A DNA stretch of 64,000 nt, taken from an uncultured delta proteobacterium (lineage in GTDB: Bacteria > Desulfobacterota > Binatia > Binatales > Binataceae). The notes below the pieces were generated by a model. It did not search any database. It saw only the letters and a list, made by a program, of their open reading frames with translations, and was not told the DNA's origin. Within the stretch, counting starts at the first letter, position 1. Every line of letters begins with the position of its first letter. Where the stretch lies: contig CAVXXK010000001.1 of assembly GCA_963765675.1 (NCBI GenBank), forward strand, positions 1,600,001-1,664,000. Reading direction: 5' to 3'. A program made the translations under genes and the position numbers. This document shows, piece by piece, positions 9,250-20,058 of this stretch.

Positions 9250-11001
9250 CTATTCCCCGGCGAGCGCGCTGAGCAGCAGATCGATATCCGGAGTGCCGAG
9301 TCCCGACGCGCGATCGTAACCGACGGTCGCCTCAAATCCTTTTACCAGATGATCTTGGCCATTAGGTTTCGCAGTCTCCACGTTGTTGTTGCCTTGCGTA
9401 ACGTCGCGAATTCCGGCGCCGCCGTTCTTGTAGACTGAGTAGAGCGCGGCGTTCAGGTTTCCAACTCGCTGCTCGCCCTCGTGCTGCGCGAGAAGCTGCG
9501 CGATTCCGGCCCAATAGGGAGTACCAATACTGGTGCCGCCGATGCAGCAGGTCACTTGGCCACTACTTCCGAAGAAAAACCCGGGATTAGCGGGCGACGC
9601 CGCGAGTGACACGTCGGGAACTGCGCGTTTGCCGCCGATCCTGGGAATGCCCTTCTGGAATTGCGGTTTGGCAAAGATTCGGCTGTTGCCGCCGCCGGTG
9701 GCACCGTACTGATCGTTCCACACCGATTCGGCCACGCTGCCCACATCGACGCCGCCGGAGTAGTTCGGAGTGAACTGGGTCCCACCGACCGCCGTTACGT
9801 GCGGATCAGCGGAAAGCTCGTTTACGTTTCGTTTGGTGCCCTCGACGCAAGAGTCTGTGCTTTTGTCGAACGAGTATCCTGCCGCACCTCGATCGCCGGT
9901 AGCGACGAAGACCGATTGACCCTGGGCGGCCGCCTGTTGCAGGAACCCGTTCAGCTCGTTCGAATAGAATTTCTTCGCGCCGCCGCAAAAGCTGAAGCTG
10001 ATACTGATCGCGCCGCAGGTGTCGTCGCTAACCGCTTCCATACCAGCATCAACCAGGCCGTTGCCGTCGGGCGAGGTCGCGTTGTCGCCGATATATGCGA
10101 AGATCGGCACCCCGGGCGCCGCCGCATGCGCGTATTCGACGTCGAGCAGCGTCTCGGTTTCATCTGAGTTGAACGGATCGCCACCCTCGGAAGCGAGTTT
10201 GCGGGTCAGATCGATCGTCGGAAGGCCGAACTGCGTGTCGAAGGCTGCGACAGACGGATCGTCGAAGTCCGAGTCCTCGATTACGGCGATACAGTCTGCG
10301 CCCGAGCCGGTTTCGCTCGGAGTCTGGTCATAGAAGGTGTAAAGATCGTTCGGTCCAAAATGGGTGATGTCGCCGATAGTCACGTCGGGCGAGGCCGAGG
10401 CGGTGGGCACGTAGCGAACGTTCGGATGCGAACGCAAGATATTCGACAAGCCCCGAATCGAGCCGACCATCGGCGCGATAGAAGCTGGCACCGACGGGTC
10501 GCCCAGGTTGACGTAGAGCGCGCCGCTCGCGTTGGTATGAATCTTCACTTTGAAGGCCGATTCGGCCGACCCTGCTGCACCGCTGAATACGATCGCGCGT
10601 TTCGCAATGCTCGTGGACTCGATCTTGAAGCCTTTGCCCACAAGCCACGCGGCCACCGATGACATTTCCGCCTGGGTCGGGCCGAAGCGCGCGTTGAATT
10701 CGCCCGGCGCGAGCCATCGATGATACTGCGGCGAGGAAGGATCCTGCTGTGCCTCAATCAGTTTCTCGATCGCGCCAGGATTGTGCAGTGCGAGCGAGAT
10801 TTGCATCCGGAGGGTCTTCGACGCGGTGATCTCGGGACCGCTCGAGAAGTCTGCCGCTTCATCGGCGTGATTGCCGGCGATCGTCGTCGCCTGGTTAAGC
10901 GCGGTGGCCGACGCGGCGGTCTGTGCGCTCGCCGTGGATACTCCGGTTGCGGCCAACGCGAGAATTAAAGCCGCGCAATGAAGCTTTATCGTGTGCAACA
11001 T
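9250..11001 (-). CDS. S53 sedolisin/kumamolisin-family peptidase
   Basis: Signal peptide, pro-kumamolisin domain, and ETLLDVE, TGDRG, VPDVS, GGTS and GYD..SGLGTP motifs. Confidence 0.92.
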   Translation of the reverse strand: MLHTIKLHCAALILALAATGVSTASAQTAASATALNQATTIAGNHADEAADFSSGPEITASKTLRMQISLALHNPGAIEKLIEAQQDPSSPQYHRWLAPGEFNARFGPTQAEMSSVAAWLVGKGFKIESTSIAKRAIVFSGAAGSAESAFKVKIHTNASGALYVNLGDPSVPASIAPMVGSIRGLSNILRSHPNVRYVPTASASPDVTIGDITHFGPNDLYTFYDQTPSETGSGADCIAVIEDSDFDDPSVAAFDTQFGLPTIDLTRKLASEGGDPFNSDETETLLDVEYAHAAAPGVPIFAYIGDNATSPDGNGLVDAGMEAVSDDTCGAISISFSFCGGAKKFYSNELNGFLQQAAAQGQSVFVATGDRGAAGYSFDKSTDSCVEGTKRNVNELSADPHVTAVGGTQFTPNYSGGVDVGSVAESVWNDQYGATGGGNSRIFAKPQFQKGIPRIGGKRAVPDVSLAASPANPGFFFGSSGQVTCCIGGTSIGTPYWAGIAQLLAQHEGEQRVGNLNAALYSVYKNGGAGIRDVTQGNNNVETAKPNGQDHLVKGFEATVGYDRASGLGTPDIDLLLSALAGE

Positions 11002-11073
11002 GGCTCCTGATCCCGAGTCAGTGAATATGGCTCCATCGTAACATCGATCACGATTCGGCAAGGATAAACTTGA

Positions 11074-12861
11074 CTAATGCGCAGCGATCGCACTGGTCAG
11101 ATTGTCGATATCAGGCGTTCCCAATCCTGAGCTGCGATCATAACCCACGGTCGCCTTGAACCCGGTCACATGATGGAACGTATTGATGCCTTTGGTGACG
11201 TCGCGGAATCCGGCGATCGAATAGAGGATAGGATTGAGCGGCCCGATACGGGTAACGCCCGCCTTCTGTGCTGCGAGCTGCGCGACTCCCGCCCAATACG
11301 GGGCCCCCATGCTGGTGCCTCCGATACAGCATGCGATTCCGCCTTGGTAGCCGAGAAAGAATCCTGGATGGAGCGGCGACGCGACCAGCGCTACGTCCGG
11401 CACGTCGCGATTCGCGTCGGTCGGGATGAGTCCGCTTTGGTAGGAAGGCTTCGGGAAGGCGCCGCTTTCTCCGCCGCCGCCCGAGCCGGTTTTGTCCTTC
11501 CATACGGATTCACGAGTGCTGCCGACGTCGTTGCCCTTCTTATAGTGCGGCGTGAATTGCGTTCCGCCGACCGCGGTGATGTTGGGATCGGCCGATAGCT
11601 CGCTGACATTGTGCGAAGTGCCGGCCACGCAGGCGTTGCCTTGCTTGTTGATGACATAGCCGGCCGCGCCAAAATCTCCCGACGACGCGAACACCGCTTG
11701 CCCCTGCGAGGCTGCATGCGCCGCGATCGAATCGATCTCGCCGGTATAGAACGTCGACGGCTCGCCGCAGAAACTGAAGCTGATGCTGATCGCGCCGCAG
11801 GTGTCGTCGTTCGCTGCCTGAATCCCCGCGTCCAGGACGCCGTTGCCGCTTTCCGATTCCGAATCATTGCCGATGTAGGCGTAGATCGCCACGCCGGGCG
11901 CGGCGGCATGCGCGTACTCGACGTCCAGCAGCGTTTCGATTGCGTCTCCGTTTTCTCCGGGGTTGCTTCCGTCGGGGAAGACGCGCACTGGGCTGAACGA
12001 TTCGACGCCGAACTCGCTATCGAACGCGTTCACCGATCCGTTGTCCAGGTCGGAATCCTCGAGCACGGCGATACAGTCTGTTCCGGCGCCGTTATTGGTC
12101 GAGCTGGTCGGCGGAGTCTCGTCATAGAACGTATAGAGATCATTGGGGCCAAAATGGGTCCTGAGCTTTCCGATCTTCGCGTCAGGCAACTTCGCAAAGT
12201 CGGGCGAGACCTGGACCGCAGGTTGCGCGTGCGCGAGGTTCGACAAGCCTCGGATCGACGCGACCATCGGCGCAATCGATTTCGGCACAACTGGATCGTT
12301 CAGGTTGGTGTATCTTTTCTGGGTCGAATCGGTATGAATCGTGACGCCAAACGCAGACTCGGCGCTTGCCGCCGGGCCTGAAAAAACAACTTTGCGCAGC
12401 GGGAGGCTCTGCGACTCGACCGTGAAACCCTGGCTGCTCAGCCACGAGCTTACTGCGGCAATATCAGACTGCGTGGGACCGAAGCGGGCGCTGAATTCAG
12501 CCGGAGTGAGCCACTGATGGTATTGCGGCGATGTGCGATCTTGTTGTGCGGCGATAAGTTGGTCGAGTGCGGCGCGATTATGCAGCGCAAGCATCACCGC
12601 CATCCGCAATGGTTGCGTGGAGGCAATCTCAGGACCTGCTGCGAAGTCTGCGCCTTCTGCGGGATGATTCCCGGCGATCGAGACCTTCGCTTCTCCGGCC
12701 GTCGCATCGTTCGTCGACGCGGTGGCTGCGGCGGCGGAGTCTTGCGCTCGCGCGGGGGATACGCCCGCGATTGCGAACGTGAGCGAGATCGCCGCCGTCA
12801 TTGCGCTGATTCGGCGGGCGATTCTCTGTTTGTTCGCCTTCTCAGTTGACTTTGGTTCCAT
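11074..12861 (-). CDS. S53 sedolisin-family peptidase, tandem paralog
   Basis: Same motifs (ETLLDVE, SSGDFG, VPDVA, GGTS); start uncertain. Confidence 0.92.
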   Translation of the reverse strand: MEPKSTEKANKQRIARRISAMTAAISLTFAIAGVSPARAQDSAAAATASTNDATAGEAKVSIAGNHPAEGADFAAGPEIASTQPLRMAVMLALHNRAALDQLIAAQQDRTSPQYHQWLTPAEFSARFGPTQSDIAAVSSWLSSQGFTVESQSLPLRKVVFSGPAASAESAFGVTIHTDSTQKRYTNLNDPVVPKSIAPMVASIRGLSNLAHAQPAVQVSPDFAKLPDAKIGKLRTHFGPNDLYTFYDETPPTSSTNNGAGTDCIAVLEDSDLDNGSVNAFDSEFGVESFSPVRVFPDGSNPGENGDAIETLLDVEYAHAAAPGVAIYAYIGNDSESESGNGVLDAGIQAANDDTCGAISISFSFCGEPSTFYTGEIDSIAAHAASQGQAVFASSGDFGAAGYVINKQGNACVAGTSHNVSELSADPNITAVGGTQFTPHYKKGNDVGSTRESVWKDKTGSGGGGESGAFPKPSYQSGLIPTDANRDVPDVALVASPLHPGFFLGYQGGIACCIGGTSMGAPYWAGVAQLAAQKAGVTRIGPLNPILYSIAGFRDVTKGINTFHHVTGFKATVGYDRSSGLGTPDIDNLTSAIAAH

Positions 12862-13004
12862 CACGCCCCTATTGGACACCTCTAAACCCAAACCCACCGC
12901 GAGCCAGCCGGATTTGAAGATTTGCCGTTTCACACGCTAATCGCGGGTTAGACGTATCCTCACACGCAGGCATTCATCCACGCCTCTTTTATACACTATG
13001 TTGG

Positions 13005-15128
13005 TTATCGTGACAATTTGTCGGTAGAAGCGGCCGCCTCCAGTTGCGTCTTCAGCGCGCGTGCCGCGGCATTGCCCGGCTGAATCGCGAGCGCCTGCTT
13101 GCACTGCGCCAGAGCCTCGCGATCGCGGCCCTGCGCGTGCAGGCTCTGCGCCAGCATCGTATGAAGTAGTGGATTGTCAGGTGAGACGGCGAGAGCTCGC
13201 TGATACTCGGCGATCGCGCCCTCATGATTGCCTTGCAAGTCCATCACCGAACCCAGCGACGCGATCACCTGCACCGACGGATCCCTCGCCGCGACTTCGC
13301 GGAGCAGCGTTTCCGCGCCTGCGTAGTCGTGATGCTCGGCCATGAACGTAGCGCGCAGGTAGGCCGCGGAATTGGCGCTTTTGGGGTCGGCCTCCGCGAC
13401 CTTAATCGCGGCCTCGGCACCAGCGGTGTCGCCGGCCTTGTCCGCGACGCGCGCCAGCTCGAGGTCGAAGACCATCGGCACCTGGTTGCCAAGCATCTTG
13501 AGCGCCCGACCCATCTCGACGTCGGCTTCCTTGTAATGACCTTGCGCCGCATGCAGCCGGCCGAGGTTGTACAGGTCGGGCCCGTCATCGGGATTGAGTT
13601 CGATATCGGTGCGGAACTCACGTTCCGCTCCCGGCCAGTCGTGCTGCTTCTCGAGCAGCATCCCGAGCCGTCCGTGGCATAGCGTCGAGCTCGGATCCTC
13701 CTGGATACATTTGGTGAAGAGGGTGTATTCGTCGTGGTAATAGCCTTCGGTATGCCAGGTAGCAGCGCCGTACACCGCGATCACCGTCACCGCGATCGCG
13801 GTCGCCAGATTGCGCGTGTCGCCGCCGCGGGCGGCATAGCTGGCCGCGATATCACCGAGCAGCAGCACCCATCCGAACGCCGCCAGGTATTCGTAGCGGT
13901 CCTGGATCAGCATCACGCGCATCAGTCCGCCAAGATTCATCACCGGCGCAATCTCGAACAGCATCCATAGCACGAGGAAGAAATACAGCCGGCGATGCGG
14001 ATGCGTCCGCAGCAGGAGATAGCCCGCAATCGCAAGCGCGGCGAGTCCAATGACGGGCAGATAAAAGAGTCGCGAGCGCAGGCTGGTGGCGAAGGTGAAG
14101 GCGTGCGCGGGTCCCGCGATCCACGGCACCGTCAGCATCACGGCGTAATGCGCCAGCGCCGACGGGATCGACATCAGGACCTGTGGAAGGGTCGCGGTGT
14201 TGCCGGGCGAGTGGCCATTGATATGGCCCAATACCGCGATCCGAAGCGCGAGATAGATCGCCGCGAGCACGAGGTAGGGAGCAGTCTTCCATACGGCGTC
14301 GGCGGCGCGCCCGACGAGCTCGCGAAGCTCGGTCTTGCGAGGAGGTTGATCCGGCGGCGCGTCTTCAAGGATGAACACATACGCGATCAGCAATCCCGGC
14401 ATCATCACGGCTAGCTCGTGGCTCAGCAGTCCTCCGACAAACAGGGCAAGTGAAATCGAGAGGTTTCGGGCCGGCGCGCGTTTGCGTTCGATAAAAAACC
14501 ACATCGAGCCGAGGTAGAACGCCGCGACCATCGGAAATGGAATCGCGCACGGCCACGCCGCCGCCTGCACTCCGATCGGCAGCACGCCAAAGAGAGTCGC
14601 GCCCGCGCACGAGGCGTAGCGGCTCTTCGTCAGCGAGAGTCCCACCTGGTAGAGCGCATAGACCGCGATCAGATGGGTCAGCACGATCGAGATGTGCCAT
14701 CCGACCGGATTGAACCCGAACATCTGGTAATTCAGCCCGAGCCACACATCCTGCAGTGGGCGGTAGTAGTTGCTCTTGGGGAAGGTGCCGTTGGGCCGAA
14801 ACCACCACAGGTCATGCCCGAACGACTTCCAGATGAACGACCACTGGCTGATGAGCGGGTTCAGGTCGATCATCTCGTGGTCGTCGTAAACGAACGCGTT
14901 GCCGAAGCATCGCAGATACACCAGCAAGGTGACGCCGACGGCGATCCACGGTGCGAGCGCCGGAGAGTCGAGGATCGAGCCGCGTACTGAGGCCGGCGCG
15001 GCGGTGCGCGGCGGCCGCGCGGGAGAAACCGGCGGCTGCTCGCGCCGCGAGCCTTTTGCCGATGCGCCCCGAGCAGCGCGCTTTTTCGATTTCGATGCCA
15101 AGCCGAAATAATCTAACGGATTGATCAC
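13005..15128 (-). CDS. TMTC-like GT-C membrane glycosyltransferase with C-terminal TPRs
   Basis: FVYDD loop after the first TM, YYRPL, ~11 TM segments, DRYEYL, then TPR repeats. Confidence 0.72.
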   Translation of the reverse strand: MINPLDYFGLASKSKKRAARGASAKGSRREQPPVSPARPPRTAAPASVRGSILDSPALAPWIAVGVTLLVYLRCFGNAFVYDDHEMIDLNPLISQWSFIWKSFGHDLWWFRPNGTFPKSNYYRPLQDVWLGLNYQMFGFNPVGWHISIVLTHLIAVYALYQVGLSLTKSRYASCAGATLFGVLPIGVQAAAWPCAIPFPMVAAFYLGSMWFFIERKRAPARNLSISLALFVGGLLSHELAVMMPGLLIAYVFILEDAPPDQPPRKTELRELVGRAADAVWKTAPYLVLAAIYLALRIAVLGHINGHSPGNTATLPQVLMSIPSALAHYAVMLTVPWIAGPAHAFTFATSLRSRLFYLPVIGLAALAIAGYLLLRTHPHRRLYFFLVLWMLFEIAPVMNLGGLMRVMLIQDRYEYLAAFGWVLLLGDIAASYAARGGDTRNLATAIAVTVIAVYGAATWHTEGYYHDEYTLFTKCIQEDPSSTLCHGRLGMLLEKQHDWPGAEREFRTDIELNPDDGPDLYNLGRLHAAQGHYKEADVEMGRALKMLGNQVPMVFDLELARVADKAGDTAGAEAAIKVAEADPKSANSAAYLRATFMAEHHDYAGAETLLREVAARDPSVQVIASLGSVMDLQGNHEGAIAEYQRALAVSPDNPLLHTMLAQSLHAQGRDREALAQCKQALAIQPGNAAARALKTQLEAAASTDKLSR

Positions 15129-15180
15129 TCCGCGCGAAACAGGCCTTGATTTTCTTCAACCCGCAGCCATTCTTCGTGCG

Positions 15181-15209
15181 TTGACACGAGAAGGCGGGGG
15201 CCGGAGAAT
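15181..15209 (+). promoter_or_regulatory. Sigma70-like promoter of rpoZ
   Basis: TTGACA-N17-GAGAAT ending 9 bp before the ATG. Confidence 0.55.
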
Positions 15210-15218
15210 CATCATCAA

Positions 15219-15416
15219 ATGGCCAGAATTACAGTAGAGGATTGCCTCGATAATATTCCCAACCGTTTCGAGCTGGTGCTGAGCGGCGCACGCCGCGCCA
15301 AGCAGCTCCTAAAGGGCGCGCGTCCGCTGGTCGAAAGCGACAACAAGGAAGTTGTGACCGCGCTGCGCGAAATCGCGGCCGGCAAAGTCACGATCGAAGC
15401 GCCCAGCGAAGGATAG
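15219..15416 (+). CDS. rpoZ: RNA polymerase omega subunit
   Basis: [26 protein letters not shown]...ALREIAAG. Confidence 0.96.
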   Translation: MARITVEDCLDNIPNRFELVLSGARRAKQLLKGARPLVESDNKEVVTALREIAAGKVTIEAPSEG

Positions 15417-15517
15417 CGCGTTTCCGTTTCACGCCTACGCGTGAACTCCGTCAAGCTATGCTCCGCCCCTGAGAGAGAAACGCCCGGGACTGATCTCCGC
15501 AGGCCGGAATAATTCCG

Positions 15518-16633
<1,116 letters not shown>

Positions 16634-16657
16634 CCGGTCTTCGTTAGAGCGCTGAGT

Positions 16658-16920
16658 GTCCCTCTCCCAAAAGATTGGGAGAGGGTGGCGCGCGCTGCGC
16701 GCGTCGGGTGAGGGACCGACAGCGAGACTCTTTTTCCAATTCGACCGCGGCGCGAGCAATCCAAAGCGAATCTTCGAACGTTCTGTGCCGAGGGGTTCGC
16801 GTGATCGTCGGGCACCAAGCGCAGATTCTGATTCTGTAGGTCCCTCACCCGCGCGTCACGGCGATTGCTAAAAAGAGCAATCGCCGCGCCGCTTGCCCTC
16901 TCCCAATCTGGGAGAGGGAC
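16658..16920. mobile_element. Non-autonomous, internally deleted copy of the DUF559 element
   Basis: Both ends are near-identical to those of 6708-7241. The interior is ~120 bp with decayed similarity to the DUF559 3' end. Confidence 0.72.
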
Positions 16921-16940
16921 AATCCGCAACGAATCAGCGA

Positions 16941-17750
16941 TCAATCCAGCGGCACCACTTTCTCTACCTTGGCGCCTGAATCCAGATGAATCCCCGGCGC
17001 GAGCGCGGTCGAGCGGCCCTTGCCCGAGCCGTTCTCGACGTAGACATCGTAGTCGCCCGGATCGAGCTTGAATTGATGCGACGCTCCGGGTGCGCTCTGC
17101 GCAACCTGGCTCTGGGAGCCCGCACGCAGCACGATCACGCGGGTCGCGCTGTCGATTGGGAGCTTCTGCAAAGTGGTCTGCACGTCCAGCTCCGCCGGCA
17201 CGACCTGGTCGAGCGTCAATCGCGCGCGCTCGGCGGGACGCAGCGCTACCGCGTGCCAATCGTAACCCTGCGGGGGCGCGTCGACGTGCACGTCCACCAG
17301 TTGCGGCGCGAACAGATATTTTTCGCCGGTCAAAAAGCTCGCGACCTTCGCGTGCGGAGGATCGCTCGCCGTCACCGTGACGCCAAGCCCCGCATCCTTG
17401 CCGTGCTTGTCGGTCACGTCCACTTCCATCACGGCCACGTTGGCGATCATCACGGTATGCGTGCGCCCCGATTCGATCTTGACGTCATCCTTAGTGACGC
17501 TGCCGCCGACGATCGGAAGCACCAGCCTATAGGAGCCGGGCGCAAGCGCGATCGATGAGCCCGGCCGCACCTCGCCAACTGTCTTGCCGCCCGGCGCTAT
17601 CACCTGCGCGGCGTTAACGGCGCCCGCTCCCTTCTCGCCCATCACGTCGAGCTTCAAAAGGCCGGTGTCGGCGCCGAGCGCCGCGCTCGCGACGGCGAAA
17701 GCGAGCGCGAATGCGAGCGTCGCGGATCGCATGAGAGCAATCGATCTCAT
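16941..17750 (-). CDS. Hypothetical secreted protein
   Basis: Signal peptide (LAFALAFAVASAALGA) and about three repeated beta-rich modules (e.g. LAPGSY, LDPGDYDV). Confidence 0.7.
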   Translation of the reverse strand: MRSIALMRSATLAFALAFAVASAALGADTGLLKLDVMGEKGAGAVNAAQVIAPGGKTVGEVRPGSSIALAPGSYRLVLPIVGGSVTKDDVKIESGRTHTVMIANVAVMEVDVTDKHGKDAGLGVTVTASDPPHAKVASFLTGEKYLFAPQLVDVHVDAPPQGYDWHAVALRPAERARLTLDQVVPAELDVQTTLQKLPIDSATRVIVLRAGSQSQVAQSAPGASHQFKLDPGDYDVYVENGSGKGRSTALAPGIHLDSGAKVEKVVPLD

Positions 17751-17851
17751 TCTGCCCACAATATGCGGATCTTATGATGCCGAAAACCGCCGCGAGGCTT
17801 GCCCGCGTGCCGCGCCCCGCGTTACAAGCGCGATCGTGAGGTGAGCCGCCG

Positions 17852-19588
17852 ATGCCGCGAATAGTCGTCGAGAAAAATATCGCCGTGCCGATGCGCGACG
17901 GCACTGTCCTGCGCGCCGATCTTTATCGCGCCGACACGCCCGAGAAACTTCCCGTGCTGCTAAACCGCACGCCGTACAACAAGTCGATGCCGATGGTGTT
18001 TGCGATGACCCTCGACGCGTTTCGCGCCGCCGAGGCCGGCTACAACGTCCTGGTGCAGGATTGCCGCGGCCGCTTCGCCTCCGACGGCGTCTTCAATTGC
18101 TTCACCGACGAAGCGCGCGACGGCTACGACACGATCGAGTGGGCCGCCCGCCAGCCGTGGGCCGATGGAAAAGTCGGCACCTACGGCGCGTCGTACATGG
18201 GCGCGACGCAGTGGCTCGCCGCCACGCAGACGCCGCCTTCCCTTAAAGCGATGGTCCCGTCGATCACCGCGAGCGATTATCACGACGGATGGACTTACCA
18301 GGGCGGCGCGTTCGCGCTGTTCTTCAACGTGTCGTGGACGATGGGAGCGCTCGCGCCGGTGCGGCTTTTGCGCGAACGCGCGAAGAATCCCGCGGTGACG
18401 GAAGAGCTCATCCGCACCGTCGGATCGATCGACACGATGCTCGAGGCGATGAAGCATCGCCCGCTCGCCGAGTTCCCGATCTTCCGCGCGGGAGCGCCGT
18501 ACTTTTTCGATTGGCTCAAGCATCCAGCGTACGACGACTACTGGCGCGCGCTATCGATCGAAGAGAATCACACGAAGATAAATGTTCCCGCGCTGAATAT
18601 CGGCGGATGGTACGACATCTTTCAGGGCGGAACGATTCGCAACTACCTTGGGATGCGCTCGCACGGAGCGAGCGACGCGGCGCGCACCGGACAGCGGCTA
18701 ATGATCGGGCCGTGGAACCATGCGGTGCCGTTTGCCAACCTGGTTGGCGCGGTGGACTTCGGCTACCAGACGGGAGCGGTCTCCGCCGATATCGACGGAC
18801 AGCAACTGCGCTTCTTCGATCAGCATCTGAAGGGCAAAGACGTTTCGCAAACCTCGAACGTGCGGCTGTTCGTGATGGGAATAAATCAGTGGCGCGACGA
18901 AAGCGCATGGCCGATTCCCGGCACCGAGATGTGCCGCTACTTTCTTCGTAGCCGCGGGCGCGCCAACTCCGCCGCCGGCGACGGCGCGCTCTCGACTGAA
19001 GCGCCGGGTTCCGAGCCCGCCGATTCGTTCCTCTACAATCCTCTCGATCCAGCGCCGACCGCGGGCGGTGGACTGTGTTGCTATCCTGCCGCGCTCTCCG
19101 GCGGCGCGTTCGATCAGGCCGCGGTCGAGACACGCTCCGACGTGCTGGTCTATTCGACCGAGCCGCTAGCCGAGGATCTGGAGGTGATCGGGCCGATCAC
19201 GCTGACGCTCTATGCGTCGTCGTCGGCGCCGGACACCGACTTCACCGCGAAGCTGGTTGACCTCGGACCGTGCGGACTCGCGAAAAATCTGACCGATGGG
19301 ATCATTCGCGCGCGCTATCGCGAATCGCAGTCGCAGGCGAAGCTGCTTACTCCCGGCAAGGTCGTCGAGTTCAAGATCGATATGTGGAGCACCGCCAACG
19401 TGTTCAAAGCGGGCCATCGGATACGGCTCGAAATCAGTTCGTCGAACTATCCGCGCTTCGATCCGAACCCGAACACCGGGCACGATCTGTTCACCGACGC
19501 CGAGGTGCAACCCGCGATGCAGACGGTGATGCACGATCGCGGCTTCGCGTCGCATCTGATGCTGCCGGTCGTTCCCTCGCGCCATTAG
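17852..19588 (+). CDS. CocE/NonD family hydrolase
   Basis: MRDGTVLRADLY, RTPY, GASYMG, GGWYD and IGPWNH motifs. Confidence 0.95.
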   Translation: MPRIVVEKNIAVPMRDGTVLRADLYRADTPEKLPVLLNRTPYNKSMPMVFAMTLDAFRAAEAGYNVLVQDCRGRFASDGVFNCFTDEARDGYDTIEWAARQPWADGKVGTYGASYMGATQWLAATQTPPSLKAMVPSITASDYHDGWTYQGGAFALFFNVSWTMGALAPVRLLRERAKNPAVTEELIRTVGSIDTMLEAMKHRPLAEFPIFRAGAPYFFDWLKHPAYDDYWRALSIEENHTKINVPALNIGGWYDIFQGGTIRNYLGMRSHGASDAARTGQRLMIGPWNHAVPFANLVGAVDFGYQTGAVSADIDGQQLRFFDQHLKGKDVSQTSNVRLFVMGINQWRDESAWPIPGTEMCRYFLRSRGRANSAAGDGALSTEAPGSEPADSFLYNPLDPAPTAGGGLCCYPAALSGGAFDQAAVETRSDVLVYSTEPLAEDLEVIGPITLTLYASSSAPDTDFTAKLVDLGPCGLAKNLTDGIIRARYRESQSQAKLLTPGKVVEFKIDMWSTANVFKAGHRIRLEISSSNYPRFDPNPNTGHDLFTDAEVQPAMQTVMHDRGFASHLMLPVVPSRH

Positions 19589-19643
19589 CCGCGATAGTTT
19601 GCGGGTGAGCTGTCCGCAAGAACCTTCCGCTACCGAGGTCCCG

Positions 19644-20018
19644 ATGCCAGAGAAATCTCCGAGCGCCGGCGTGATCGAATGGAAAACCGCGTGGGAGTCG
19701 CGCGATGCGGCGCGCGTCGCCGCGATGTACTCGCCGGCGGGTCGCCATTCGAGCTCGATGATCGCGTCGCTGTGGCCGGAACTTGGACGCACGGTTCTGA
19801 TCGGGCGCGACGAGATTCGCGCCTACGCCGTACGCGGTCTCGAGCGTTTCACCGAGTTGCGCTTCGAGCTTGTGACCGTGACCGAAGCGGATGGACGCGC
19901 CGCCGTCGAGTATCGCCGCCATTCCAACCTTGACCCCGCGAATCCCAGGCACGTGCTGGAGCTGATCGAATGGGACGCGGACGGGCTGATATCCTCGTGC
20001 CGCGTTTTCCACTTCTAG
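19644..20018 (+). CDS. SnoaL/NTF2-like protein
   Basis: WKTAWESRD..VAAMY and GRDEIRAY patterns. Confidence 0.75.
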   Translation: MPEKSPSAGVIEWKTAWESRDAARVAAMYSPAGRHSSSMIASLWPELGRTVLIGRDEIRAYAVRGLERFTELRFELVTVTEADGRAAVEYRRHSNLDPANPRHVLELIEWDADGLISSCRVFHF

Positions 20019-20058
20019 TTGGCCGTACGATGCGATCGGATCTTAGAGATAGATCCCG

